Source: Lingula anatina
Lineage: Eukaryota > Animalia > Brachiopoda
DNA length: 64,000 bases
Reading direction: 5' to 3'
Assembly: GCA_051362555.1 (NCBI GenBank)
Contig: CM120649.1
Location: 124,001-188,000, forward strand
A program made the translations under genes and the position numbers. This document shows positions 40,401-54,500 of this stretch, in pieces. Below the pieces are notes generated by a model that was not told the DNA's origin, did no database searches, and saw only the letters and a program-made list of their open reading frames with translations. Position 1 is the stretch's first letter. Each line of letters begins with the position of its first letter.

Positions 40401-42502
40401 AGCTACCTTCTGTAATAATCTCTTAAGAGAAAAAAAAACATAAAAAACAACAGGGACTAGCTTTGAATGTTGTCCAGAACGGATTCATGAACTATTGCTA
40501 AGTACAGGAAAATTGTTGTTTACCCCCCAAAAATCCATTTTTTTTGCCAGAATGGACAGTTGTTATGCCTTCAATAGATGAAGATTATATAGATAACCCT
40601 TACTGATGTGTTGATATTTCTTATACTTCTCTCAGTGGACCACTCAACCCAGATGCTCTGGGAGTTGCAAGAACATCTTGGAAAGATCAGCCCTGTAGGG
40701 GGCGCCATAGGTATAAGAATTGGTCTCGTCTTGTCAGCAAACTTTGAATTAGTCACATCTTGCTGCCTTGGCTATCTTGAGTGTTTGGGGATAGAATCTA
40801 TCAAAGTCATCAGTTTGGTAACTTTTGTAAAGAACTATGTTTGTGAGTATTTATCTAAGAAAAAAGCACAACAAAAGTTTTTCTATATATAGTTTTAAAA
40901 TTACCATGATATGTTTATTTTATGTTTTTTTCTCTCAAAGATTTTGGGTCTAGTTTTCAAGTTAGAATAATATCAATTTTCAACAGAATCTATAATATTT
41001 TTAATTTTTAAGTTAGAATTAAGAAAATTTAGAATAGTTGACATGATCATTAAATGTTATGGAAGATGTGTGGAATTTTATAGCACTCAAGTTGGCTAAG
41101 ACAGCAGGACGTGATCTGCACTTTTTCCTTCAAGTTAACAACCATGCATGGCTAGGTTAAACCTTGTTCTCATCAGTTTTCATTTAAAAGATAAAACTTA
41201 CAATATGAAAGCTGCTGAAATCAGGAGCCAGATTTTTTTTTTTTTTTTTTACACAAAATGCTCAGCAGTAGGCAGTTTTTAAAATTCCACCTTGTTGATT
41301 AAAGTCAACAAGAGCAAACTTGGGGGGCCTTTACGGACATTTTATGATTCATATGTCAGTTTTTGTATCTAATATATATTTCAAGTACAGTCTTGTTTAA
41401 ACTGGTGTGAACAAGTTTTAAATATACTCCATTTATTTGCTACTAAAATGTCAGTGTCATTATTTGCTCAGGACTGCCTGCATGTCTGCACATTGGACAG
41501 CATTCCTGTCTACCTTAGCTGGCAGATTCATGTGAAAGCCTCGTGTGACGCTAATGTGCTGAAGTTTTTGTCCTGTTGTTCATTTTTTTCAGATATATAA
41601 ATGTCAAACTACGGAAACTGTAATACTGTTGCTCTTTCACCTTTTTGATTCCTTAATGGACTGGCTGTTACTTTCATAGTATGTTTTTCACTGTCTGTCT
41701 GACCAGCCAAATCTTTAAAATGATATTAGGAAATTAATTTAAATCCCCCTCCCCCCCTCCCAAAAAAAAGAAAAAAAACTCCGATACTCAAGATTTAAGG
41801 TCCTCTGTACAAGAGACAACTGTTTAAATGTGCTTTATATTTATCTTTATCAGAATGAATTGTTAGCATATCAGATGAATAGAAATATGCACTGAACATT
41901 ATGTTGCTCCTTCATATTGAATAATAATATAAATTTCCATATATATATATTACTACGTAGTGTTGCATCTGGGACATCATTGCAAAAATCATTTGGATTA
42001 AATTTTTTTATCACCTGGTAAATTATAAATATATTTGGTAACTATACAGCATATAAAAATTACTGTAATGATTGTTATATTATTTATTTACTTGTCTGTC
42101 TGTGTGTCTCCACTTGAAATGTAGGATCTGTTCAGAACCAAGTTGACCCGAGGACTAACTGATCTGGAATCAAATATGGTGCACACTTTGCCATGGATTT
42201 ACTGCCTCCCATGCTTCTGTATCTGCAGGGGCAAAGGAATTCAATCTTGGCATATTTGATCCATGGGTTAGTTAATCTGCAGGTCAGATTGGTTCTGCAC
42301 ATGTCCATATACTGTGGAAGCTTTCATTGTGCTTTACACACTGACTTAGGACCGCATATTTATGAAATTCTTAATTTATTTTAAAATTTACTGTCAAGAC
42401 CTGTTTTACATAGTTTTTTACACTTTATATATATATGCATATTAACACTTGACCTGGCTTTTTACATGTAGTTTAGAAGTCATTTGTATATTCCTTTTTT
42501 TT

Positions 42503-42533
<31 letters not shown>

Positions 42534-45500
42534 AGGTGAGAAAAAGTATATTTGGGTGAATAAAAGCATGTTAATATTAACAATTTTATGTAATAATAAT
42601 GTATATAAATGACTGAAATAATGTGCGGTTAGTAGATATTGTACGCTTCTTTTGATATACATAGGCCATAAATTGAGAAGCTACAGAGTTTGACTCCCAT
42701 GTAGTTGTAAAAGTGTCATTGTCATATATGTGTATAAATAAATGTGAATTTAAAGTCTGCTGTCAGTTTACATGTTGCTTGTAATTATTTCATTGTCACC
42801 TAGTATATACATATGTCACTATGTCAACCCTCTCTGACAAGTTCTGGAGCATGTTGTGACAAACTTGGCACAGTTTTCACTGTATATGGCAGCTACTTTA
42901 TTTTAAAATAAGACCATTTAATTTAACTTTCACTTTCACTTTGTATTTAATTTAATTTAACTTTCACTGGCGATTTTAAATTCTTTAAATTAGCCGACTC
43001 ATCTTATAATGGACATTCAATGCAGATATGCATTTAATTTAAATTTGTAAAAAAGACATTACAATCAATTGGTTTTCAGAAAGTTGTCATTATGCACCTT
43101 GGTTCAGAAAGGGTTAACAATCACTGCTTCGATGTTCATGCTTAGTGTCTGACATTGCTTATAAAGTATCACTAATATTAGTTACAGATGTTTGATATTA
43201 GTTTCACATTATAAGACAGTACTTTATGATGCCATAGGAGTTATTTTAGGGTATGGCAGAAGTATGGGAAGTCAGAGACGTTTTTGGTGACCTTTTTTTT
43301 CTATAATTTTAGATGGATGTGTTATTAATAGTTTATTACTGCTTATTCTAGCATTCCAGTCCTTCCTTTGTTTAAGAGAGCAGTCCAAAGTTGGCTTTTA
43401 GTAGAAAAGTGTTGTCGTAAATTATAATTGCTTTATTTCACTGTGCTTGCTTCTGACTTTTTAAACACTTGCTTCAGATACTAGGTTTTTGCATTTAATG
43501 AATGTTATTTTTCAGATTAAAAGGTGGATACAGTAATGTTGCCAATAAGAAACTTGTTATACATAAAATGTTTGTAATAAAGAGAGTTTTTTTTTTAAGG
43601 AGAAAACAGTTCATATTATAAGGCGTAAAAGTTCACTATCTATCGTAAAATTAGATAAGCACACACATTTTAGAATTTATTGATTATTTCAAAACAGTTA
43701 ATGTTAATCAAGAAACATGTATAACAATTAAGACTCTCATTGTTTTGATAACGGATCCTTTATTCCTTCATGATGATATTAGTTATAGGAGCACATCATT
43801 TCTTTTTGTGATTAAAAACCTTTATTCTCTAATTTACAACAGTTTTGGCTGTAAGACTGAATAAATATAAAACTTTCTGTATTAAACACAATATCTTTTG
43901 TTTATTTTCATTATTCGTAGATATGTTTATTTTTCAGATCATTTTTGTTAGCAAAAATATCAGGATAGAATATAAACAGTAATGATAATTATTTAATAAA
44001 AACAATTTTCTTCAGCATCTGTGAAATCGGATAAAGAGTTCCAGCATACTCCAGCTCCCCCTAGTGTTCAGCAGTCAGAACCACAGCCCCCACGTAAACT
44101 ATCTCGTCACATGCAGTATGCCACACACTTCCCCATCCCGCAGGATGACTCCTGCTATCACGAGTGCAACCAACGCATGATTGTCCTGTATGGCGTAGGC
44201 AAAGCACGTGATGAAGCACGTCACGTGTGCAAAAAAGTCAGCAAGGAAATCATGAAGTTGTTCAGCAAGAAAAACAGCATCGATATCAGCAGTGGAGATA
44301 TTGGTAAAACCAAAAAGAAGAAAGAAAAGGGAGAGAAGGATGTCGGAGATCCAAACTATGAAGGAACATTCACTCGTTTTCAGAAGCTCTCCTATTACGA
44401 TCAGCATGCAGTCACGTCTTCATGTGCAACGCAGGTGCTGGAACAGTTCAGCAGCTTTTCTTCTGGAAATTCTACCTACCTCCCCCTGGTGGAGAATATC
44501 TCCTTTCTTTTTGATCTGATGGAACACTGCCACAACATCAACAGCCTCATAGAGTTTTGTATACAGGTAGGTAGGGTGATTTGTTCATGCTCATTTTCTT
44601 TTGGAAAATTATTTTGGCATGTCCTATATGAAAAACTCTTTTTTAAATCTGCATGATTTTCAACGTAAAGCTCACCACTTCTACTTGTCTACCTTATAAT
44701 CTTAGCCCCTGAAAGAATTCAACAACCAAGAAGTCCAGAACATGCTGAAGTCAGGTTCTCCAGTGCTAGGTAGCTACATCACCTCCATGTGTCTGTGTAT
44801 AGTAGCTGTCCTCAGGAAGTACCATGCTTGTCTTCTAGTAATGCCAGACCTGACGTCACTGGCCTTTGAAGGGTGAGTCTGGTGTTCACAACATTGTTTC
44901 CATAACAGGGATGAGATTTTTCTGACTATCAGCAAATTTCCAACTTTTTGGAGCCAAAAATATCATTGGCTTCAGGAACCTGCTAGACCCCACGCCATCT
45001 TTTCCGAGATATTCACAAAATTGCAGTCTCATCCCTCATCCCAAAGAAGTTGATATATTTTAGTTCATGCATTCAATGCATGATAATTAGCCATCTCATT
45101 AAGGGTTAAGCATGTTTATCACATATACTTTTGGTTAATAGGTCCTCTTATTTGAGCTAGGTCATTTATGGTGTGATTATATAGTCTTCTCATTTACTTG
45201 GTACGTTATTAAGAAATTTATGATTTAAAAAATATGATCTGCATTACAGACTGTGTGGAGTTGTGAAACATGTTAACAATCCTTCTGACTGTTCCTCGGC
45301 AGAGCGATGTATTCTGGCGTATCTGTATGATTTGTATACCTCCTGTAGCTATTTGAAGGTAAGAATCTTAGAAAAATCGGCCTTAAACCTTATACTGATC
45401 ACAGATAATGTTTCACATGTAATTCTATGCTCTGTATTAATTAAAGGGAATATATGAAGTTTTGATTTTGTTTTATCTAATCAGATGTATTTTAAATAAA

Positions 45501-48500
45501 TTTATAATATTTCTTTTCTGTCTAAATATTCAGTATGTTCTGTCCATTAATTAGAAAAAAAATAGTTTTGATTCTGTTTGGTATACTTCAGGTACAAGAT
45601 TATTTATTTGGCTGTTTGTTCCCAGGCCAATTATGCAGTATGCACTGTCCATTGATTTAAGAAAATCTAAAAGTATAGTTTCTGTTCCACATAACTTAAA
45701 TACAATTATATTAATTATCCATATATTCACAGGCCAAGTATTCAGAATTCTTCAGTGGTGCTTGCTCTAAAGTAAAACAAACATTGTACGCCGCCATTGT
45801 GCCGTCTGCCTCCAACTTCCGCTGGGACCCACAGTTCATGACAGATGTCATAGAAAATGCTAAGTAAGTTTTTGAGTCAAGGGGTGGTCACATGTCAGAC
45901 ATGTGATGATCACATGATAACCACATGTTGGATGTTTTTAATATGTGGGGACAACTTGTATGAACCATATGACAGCCATAATAATGGTAGATATTATTCA
46001 TGAAACATAATGTGTTAATACCTTGGACAATATTTACTCAGTTCTGAATATTATATATATATTTTTTTTTTTTGGCAACATTAATTTTTTGTCATTCTTT
46101 TATTATTAATTTTACATTGTGCACGAGACAAATTAGTCAATATAATGATATGATTATTATGGCAATTTTTGGTTCAGAATCTCAGTTTTTAATTTTTCAT
46201 TTTTAGGTCCAGACCAGATATCCAAGCCATAAAGCAGTTAAACGAGTCTTCTCAGAATCGTTACAGTTTTGTGTGCAATGCTCAGATCAACATATGCAAT
46301 GCCCAGGGTGCAGAAAGGTGAGCCTGGGGTCCTCTCAAGGCTGGTTTAGAACTAAGATAATCTGTTGACTAGCCTGGGGTCCTCTCAAGGCTGGTTTAGA
46401 ACTAAGATAATCTGTTGACTAGCCTGGGGTCCTCTCAAGGCTGGTTTAGAACTAAGATAATCTGTTGACTAGCCTGGGGTCCTCTCAAGGCTGGTTTAGA
46501 ACCAAGATAATCTGTTGACTAGCCTGGGGTCCTCTCAAGGCTGGTTTAGAACCAAGATAATCTGTTGACTAGCCTGGGGTCCTCTCAAGGCTGGTTTAGA
46601 ACTAAGATAATCTGTTGACTAGCCTGGGGTCCTCTCAAGGCTGGTTTAGAACCAAGATAATCTGTTGACTAGCCTGGGGTCCTCTCAAGGCTGGTTTAGA
46701 ACCAAGATAATCTGTTGACTAGCCTGGGGTCCTCTCAAGGCTGGTTTAGAACCAAGATAATCTGTTGACTAGCCTGGGGTCTTCTTAAGGCTGGTTTAGA
46801 ACTAAGATAATCTGCTGAGTATCTGATCTGTAAGTCATACCAGAACCCACCAGAAAGCTTGCTGCGTAAATCCAGTGGATCAGCCATATTGGATCTGAGG
46901 ATCAGTTAGTCCCTGGATCATCATGGTTTTAAACAGGCCCTTACACTATTCTACTGAGCAGTTAGTCCCTGGATCATCATGGTTTTAAACAGGCCCTTAC
47001 ACTATTCTACTGATCAGTTAGTCCCTGGATCATCTTGGTTTTAAACAGGCCCTTACACTATTCTACTTAGCAGTTAGTCCCTGGATCATCATGGTTTTAA
47101 ACAGGCCCTTACACTATTCTACTGCCGTTTTAAAGGAAATAAATTATAAAACATGAATCTTAATTTTAGATTATAGTCATTGTTATAGTTATTGTAGCAA
47201 GTTATCATAAGTAATTGTACCACCAGCGTTAGCGCTGGCGGTACACATGGTTTCGGTCCCTTCCGGATCGTTCCGCCGGCTCTGTTGGCTCCGCCGGCTC
47301 CGCCGGACGGCTACCGTTACCGCTTCTCCTCCTAGACGGTAAGGGCCCCCGTACCCATCTCATGGATTTAGGTCACCTATAATCTCAACTCGTTCCACGT
47401 AAAATTTGGGCTTTGTCGGTATTGGGGTCTGGGTGTGGCACTCATTGCAATGCACCCTTGTCTAAAAATGGCAAAATTAAATGCTAATTATCTACCCTAC
47501 GGAAGGAGTTATGGGAAAAATTTCTATAGACGGCTTTCCAAAAGTCATATGTGTAGATTTCAAATATACCCTTGGATTTGACCTTTGACCTCTACTTCAA
47601 GGTCAAATGGGCCAAAATTTTCAAAAAAATGAAATTTTTTACGAAAAAAATTTTTTTTGCCCTGTTATTCAGACACCACACAGACTTAACCAATAATATT
47701 ATTGGAAAGTGTTACCCTCCAGGTCATCTTTCATCTCCATGAATTTGGGGTCAATCGGTGCATTTTCACGGGAGTAGCGGCCATAAGATACCGAAACTGA
47801 AAACTGTCTCTAATTCGGGAACCGTTAATGCTAGAGACCCATTCTTTTTTGCATTTTGTAGAGCATGTAAAGCCCAACACTGGAGGTGGTCTCGTTTTTT
47901 TTGTATTCCATACGGTTTTCGAGTTACGCTGTATCAAAAAGTACATATTGGTGGTAAAAGCAAAATGTGCAGTACGGTAATGGATAATAAATTTTGAACT
48001 CTGGAAAAATAAAACATAAGGCTTGGCAAAGCAGACAACTTGTGTTCAAAAATGACATTATTTCATCAAATTTGAACTTCTGAAACTTCAGAGCACCTCC
48101 TATTTCAAGAATTTTGACCAAAATGACATTTTCTTTATTTTAATTAATTTTTTCTGTACGAAATTTAAGGCACATTATGGTAACTCCAAAATTATAACAT
48201 CTAGTCCCTTATATCTCCAAAACTGGCAGAGATAGGTCCATAGTTACTATTGAAGTTGAATAGGAAGTCATATACTGGCAATCTTACTATGACCTTGAAA
48301 TTGACCTTTGACCTACTTTTCACCATGAACTGAACTTTGCTAACTTTTCTTCCCTTTTATCTCCAAAACTGGCTGAGATAGGTCCATAGTTACTATTGAA
48401 CTTGAATAGGAAGTCATATACTGGCAATCTAAATGTGACCTTAAAATTGACCTTTGACCTACTTTACACCATGAACTGAATTTTGCAAATTTTGCTTTCC

Positions 48501-51500
48501 TTTTATCCCCAAAACTGGCAGAGATAGGTCCGTAGTTACTATTGAACTTGAATAGGAAGTCATATACTGGCAATCTATATGTGACATTAAAATTGACCTT
48601 TGACCTACTTTTCACCATGAACTGAATTTTGCAAATTTTGCTTTCCTTTTATCTCCAAAACTGGCTGAGATACAGGGTTACCACTTAATATGGAATATTA
48701 TTTTTTGGCGAATAAATTTTCTACAATATATTTAATTTCTCTCAAAGTACATTAAATCCAAAGCTGAGGTGTCACTCCATGTGTAGCCAGATGTGTTACC
48801 TAATTACCACACAACTCTCGAAACAATTGATGCATGCAGTTGCATGTTCTGTGGTCAGAAATGTGAGAGGTGGTCTTTTCGGCAATTTCTGCCCTTGTAT
48901 AAAAACGCATGGGTTTGGTCAATCTTTGGAGCGTGTTTAGAGAAGCAACAAAGGGATCGCTCTGAAACTTGACAGGTACCTTAGTGAAGATATGGTACGA
49001 CAGCAAAGCAACGCAGCGTACTATGGGATTCTTGCTCTCAGAGAAAATGGCCAGAAACGGACAGCCATTGCCAGGTAATTCAACATTTATCAGGAACCGT
49101 TTGTGAAGTCCTCCAAAGAAATGCTGCTACAGGGGCACCTACTCCAATACCTCGACCAGGGTGTCCGCGTATCACACCAAGAAGACAGGATCGCCTTCTC
49201 CTTAGTGGACGCCGTGCTGGTCGTACAAAGACAACCAGTGTCCTCAGAAAAGAGAGGCAGAATGTCATCCAAACGCCCGTTTCAAGGTCCCACGTGAACA
49301 AGATATTTCTGCAAGCCGGTTATTTTGCACGAAGGCCAGTAGGGAAACCACTGTTAACATCAGGTCATATACAGCGACGTCTGCAAAGGGTTGGGGACCA
49401 CGTGCGTTTGCAGCCAAAACACTGGAATCACGTTGTTTTCAGTGATAAGGCCAGATATGGATTTTTTAGGGTTGATCGTCGAATCCGTGTCCACCGACGT
49501 GTACGAGAGGCATAAAACAATGATTATGTACTGCCTAGGGTGAAAGGAGGGGATGGTAACGTCTCTGTTTGGGGAGCATTTCATGTCGGTGCCCAGAACC
49601 AGTTGGTTTTTCTAGGAGGCAACCTCATCCAGGATTCCTACAGAGACATTCTACAGCAAACAATGCTTCGATTGGTAAGATTCATCTTCAGGAACAACTT
49701 TGTGTACCAAGACGACTGCCCAACCCCACATCGAGGCCACAGAATCATCGTTTTTCTTCAAAACCAATGGGTTCAGCAACTGCCCTGGCCTGCAAACTCT
49801 CCAGATATGAACCCAATTGAAAATCTGTGGGCGGAAGTAACTCACAGAATTAATAGCTATGGTCCTCGGCCGGTAAATAGTGATGAACTGCGACAGGCAA
49901 ATATCACTGCGTGGAATGATATCCCCACCCAAACTCTAAAAAAACGTGTCACAGGATATGCCATGTAGGATGAGGGCGCTGCAAGCGGCTGCTGGAGGTC
50001 ATACCCGCAATTACTGACTTTTCATGATTTACTGTAGTGAGTTCTTTGACTGTGTAACATATCACTGTCCGGAGGCTATCATTTTCTTTAATATTTTATC
50101 TTAAAGTTTATACTGACATCAAAGTGTTGATATGGTTTTCTGGGGGTGTTCCTTTCTTTTGAATGGCATCTTATGTCAGATTTAATATTATTGACCAAAA
50201 TATCTCACAACAGAAGACTGGATGTTATTATCACTCAGTGACATACTTTTTTAATGACTCAAGCCAAAAGAAAATTATTCAGCACTCAAAAATAACAATG
50301 ATAAAAAATATTCCATATTAAGTGGTAACCCTGTAGGTTCATAGTTACTATTGAACTTGAATAGGAAGTCATATACTGGCAATCTAAATGTGACCTTGAA
50401 ATTGACCTTTGACCTACTTTTCACCATAAACTGAACTTTGCAAAATTTGCTTCCCTTTTATCTCCAAAACTGGCAGAGATAGGTCCATAATTACTATTGA
50501 ACTTGAATAGGAAGTCATATACTGGCAATCTACATGTGACCTTAAAATTGACCTTTGACCTACTTTTCACCATGAACTGAACTTTGCAAACTTTTCTTCC
50601 CTTTTATCTCCAAAACTGGCTGAGATAGGTCCATAGTTACTATTGAACTTGAATAGAAAGTCATATACTGGCAATCTAAATGTGACCTTGAAATTGACCT
50701 TTGACCTACTTTTCACCATGAACTGAATTTTGCAAATTTTGCTTCCCTTTTATCTCCAAAACTGGCTGAGATAGGTCCATAGTTACTATTGAAGTTGAAT
50801 AGGAAGTCCTATACTGGCAATCTAAGTGTGACCTTGAAATTGACCTTTGACCTACTTTTTATCATGAACTGAACTCTGTTTATTTCTTTCTCTTTTAGCT
50901 TCAAACTTGACAGAGATAGGTCCATAGTTACTCTTGAACTTGAATAGGAAGTCATATACTGGCAATTTACTGTGACCTTGAAATTGACCCTTGACCTACC
51001 TTATGAAGAACTTAAATTTGATTGTACCATATATATTTTTTGCAATAGTTTAAAAATTCTTGTTGATTGCATTTTTACAGCTTGTCAAGCACAAAACTGG
51101 TGGCTGTGTCCCTTATTTTGTGTATGTGGGGGTCTATACGAATGCGTTTGCTCCAGCTGGTGGTACAATATTTGGAGGCGGTATCGCCTCTCTGATCCTC
51201 TAGTTTTTTTAGTATTTTGTATGTTATAGTTTGGTTAATCTATATTTGAAACTAATTTGCAACTAATTTCTCCTTTTCTTAAAGGTTGAATGAAGTGTCC
51301 ATTCTTTGCGCAGAGTTGACGGCATGCTGTAACTCTCTCAGCTCTGAATGGCTGGGGATTCTGCGTGCTCTCTGCTGCTCATCCAATCACTGTTGTGGTT
51401 ACATAGATGTCTTGGCTCTCCTTGACGTTAGTGATCTGTCCTTGCATGATTTGTTAGCAGTGTTCACGTCAGTGCTGATAGCCAGGCATTGTTTTTCTAT

Positions 51501-54500
51501 GGAGGATTTTGTGAAACATGTGGCCTTACCGTCTCTGCTGGCAGCTTGCCCCTCAGGTAAGAAATATTTGACATCTTGCCCCTCAGGTAAGAAATATTTG
51601 ACAGCTTGCCCCTCAGGTAAGAAATATTTGACATCTTGCCCCTCAGGTAAGAAATATTTGACAGCTTGCCCCTCAGGTAAGAAATATTTGACAGCTTGCC
51701 CCTCGGGTAAGAAACAAGGTAATCAACACTTTAACTAATTTGTCTCTTTTTAAGTATGGCAAATATATTGTCAGTCTTAGTAAATAATTGTTAAGGATTT
51801 GCAGGGAACACTCTGATATTTTGGATTGTGGAACTTCAACAATTTTGAGACAAATAGTTGATAATCATTAATAGAATTCGAAAGGTTTAGAAATTTAAAC
51901 CAAATATGTAAATATTTAAACCAAATTCTGTGAAAATGTGATGTGAGAAAACTGGACAACAATATGTCTGCATGAATGCAGAGATGTAATGTCTAACAGT
52001 TTAGTAACAATCAAACTATAAAACCTGTCAATGATGGGAGTCTGCCCTAAGTAATAGCGGAATATGCATGAAAGCAAAGTTTGCAACTCTGCTGATAAAA
52101 ACAAAAATGGCTTTTATTTTATTTATTTATTTACTTAATTATTTTTTTGACTAAGATTCTTTGGCTTATTTTGTATCAGTTTATCGAATTTGTGATAATT
52201 ACCCCATCAAAATTCCAGAAATTCAAAACAAAAAGTTTTAATTCCACATTTCAGCTGGAGGAGACCAGGATGCTGAGCCCGGCGCCAGACTGACCTGCCA
52301 CCTATTGTTGAGACTCTTCAAGTCTGACTCGGACAACAATACTCCATTCCCAAGCTCCAAGAGTTCCTCCTATATCAAGGCATCATGTGATAGGCACCTG
52401 CTCTCAGCCGCTCATAATGGAATCACAGTGGGACCAATGCTGGCAGTTCTGAAGGCAATGTTGGTGTTAGGTAACTAGTTATAACCTGTTAGATGAATTG
52501 ATCTCCAGTCCTCTGTATTATCACAGTGTATAATCACAGTGGGACCAATGCTGGCAGTTCTGAAGGCAATGTTGGTGTTAGGTAACTAGTTATAACCTGT
52601 TAGATGAATTGGTCTCCAGTCCTCTGTATTATCACAGTGTATAATCACAGTGGGACCAATGCTGGCAGTTCTGAAGGCAATGTTGGTGTTAGGTAACTAG
52701 TTATAACCTGTTAGATGAATTGATCTCCAGTCCTCTGTATTATCACAGTGTATAATCACAGTGGGACCAATGCTGGCAGTTCTGAAGGCAATGTTGGTGT
52801 TAGGTAACTAGACATAAGAATCTTAGAAAGTTGATAACCTGTTAGATGAAGGAAACTATACTTCACTTTGAAAACAAAATAATTTACATAGATCTCCAGT
52901 CCTCTGTATTGAATAATGGACACAGATATATTTTACAAATTCATAAAACATTCCAGGAGATTCCTGTGGCAGTGACTCTGACAGTAAATCAAAGAATTCC
53001 TCTAATGCCAGTAAATCTGAAGACATAATAGTGAACTTATTTGAAAGTCTTGATGATGACAGTGACAGAAGATACTTGTAAGTAGCTGAGAGATTAACAA
53101 GATAAATGAAGATGATTCATGTAAACTGTGATAATTAAATATCACACACACTGTACTTTCACATACTGCAGATGTTATAAATTCTGAAAGTATAATACAT
53201 TATTTTTCATGAATATTTTGCAATATACATCTTAGAGCGCATTCATATAAACACATAATACTAGTTGGGTGTGTTCAACTCTGCTGGGGCTCTCACTGAG
53301 TACAATCAGTTTAACTGAATGACACACTTGGAGCAGTTATCCCACCAATCAAAAAAATTACCCCCCTCCTCCCACTTGCTTGAGGTGGGGGTGTCATATG
53401 ATAAAGCTGATTGAACTAAGCCAGAATCCCCACAGTGTTGGAATGACACAACTAATACGATGTGTCTATCTGAATGGGGTGTTAATGCTTTCAGTAAAAG
53501 GGGTCCAGAGACGGCAGGTCTTAGTGAGTTTGCCAAACATGCCCTGAAGGAGATCTGTCAACAGGAGTGGGTGCGAGAGAAGTTTCTTAAAGATCCCGAG
53601 GCTTTGCTTACACAAGACATGCTGCTAGATGTGATGTTGTCACCTGCACAGGTAACATTAAGAAATATGATGTTGTCACCTACACAGGTAACATTGAAAA
53701 ATATGATGTTGTCATCTGCACAGGTAACATTAAGAAATATGATGTTGTCATCTGCACAGGTAACATTAAGAAATATGATGTTGTCATCTTCACAGGTAAC
53801 ATTGAAAAATATGATGTTGTCATCTGCACAGGTAACATTAAGAAATATGATGTCGTCATCTGCACAGGTAACATTGAGAAATATGATGTTGTCATCTGCA
53901 CAGGTAACATTAAGAAATATGATGTTGTCATCTGCACAGGTAACATTGAAAAATATGATGTTGTCATCTGCACAGGTAACATTAAGAAATATGATGTTGT
54001 CATCTGCACAGGTAACATTAAGAAATATGATGTTGTCATCTGCACAGGTAACATTAAGAAATATGATGTTGTCACCTGCACAGGTAACATTGAGAAATAG
54101 TTTGTCACAGACTGGGTTCCCACACCTAGATCTATCTAACAGGATCGATCCATCTCCAATGGGTATTATGGTATTGTAACAACAATTTATATAAAAGATT
54201 AAAATGTTTATTACAGAATTAAAAGTCCATGTCTCACATGCCACGTCGCATCCCGACTTCCCGCTTCACACTCATGACCTCTGACCTACATCACGTGGCT
54301 TATTACATCATTACATCACATTACTTCTTTTCTTTTTTTTTTTTTTTTTTTTTAATTTGAATATTATGACGGAACAACACATAACATATATACAATAAAA
54401 GTAATAAACAATAACACAAAATGCATATAATACTAAACGTCAACTGGATTCATAAAATTGTCAACTTTAACTTTAATTCTTAATGAAAACGTTTGAAAAA

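Larger units (their letters stand above)
47214..51203 (+). mobile_element. Non-autonomous Helentron-associated (HINE/DINE-1-like) element with internal 146-bp satellite
   Basis: 5' subTIR ATTGTACCACCAGC (47214-47227) with an adjacent partial inverted copy (47234-47245); 3' subTIR GCTGGTGGTACAAT (51156-51169); 3' hairpin GAGGCG-GTAT-CGCCTC; CTAG followed by a T-run; about eight 146-bp internal repeats containing TGACCTTTGACC. Confidence 0.75.

Noticed and set aside
42125-42178. Possible extra MED12 exon (tgtag|GATCTG...ATG|gtgcac)
   Set aside because: It contains TGA in the phase-1 frame required here and the donor is weak; it could only be a poison exon, which is unsupported.
46321-46813. 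CRISPR-like appearance of the short regular repeats
   Set aside because: There are no unique spacers and no cas genes, and the context is a eukaryotic intron.
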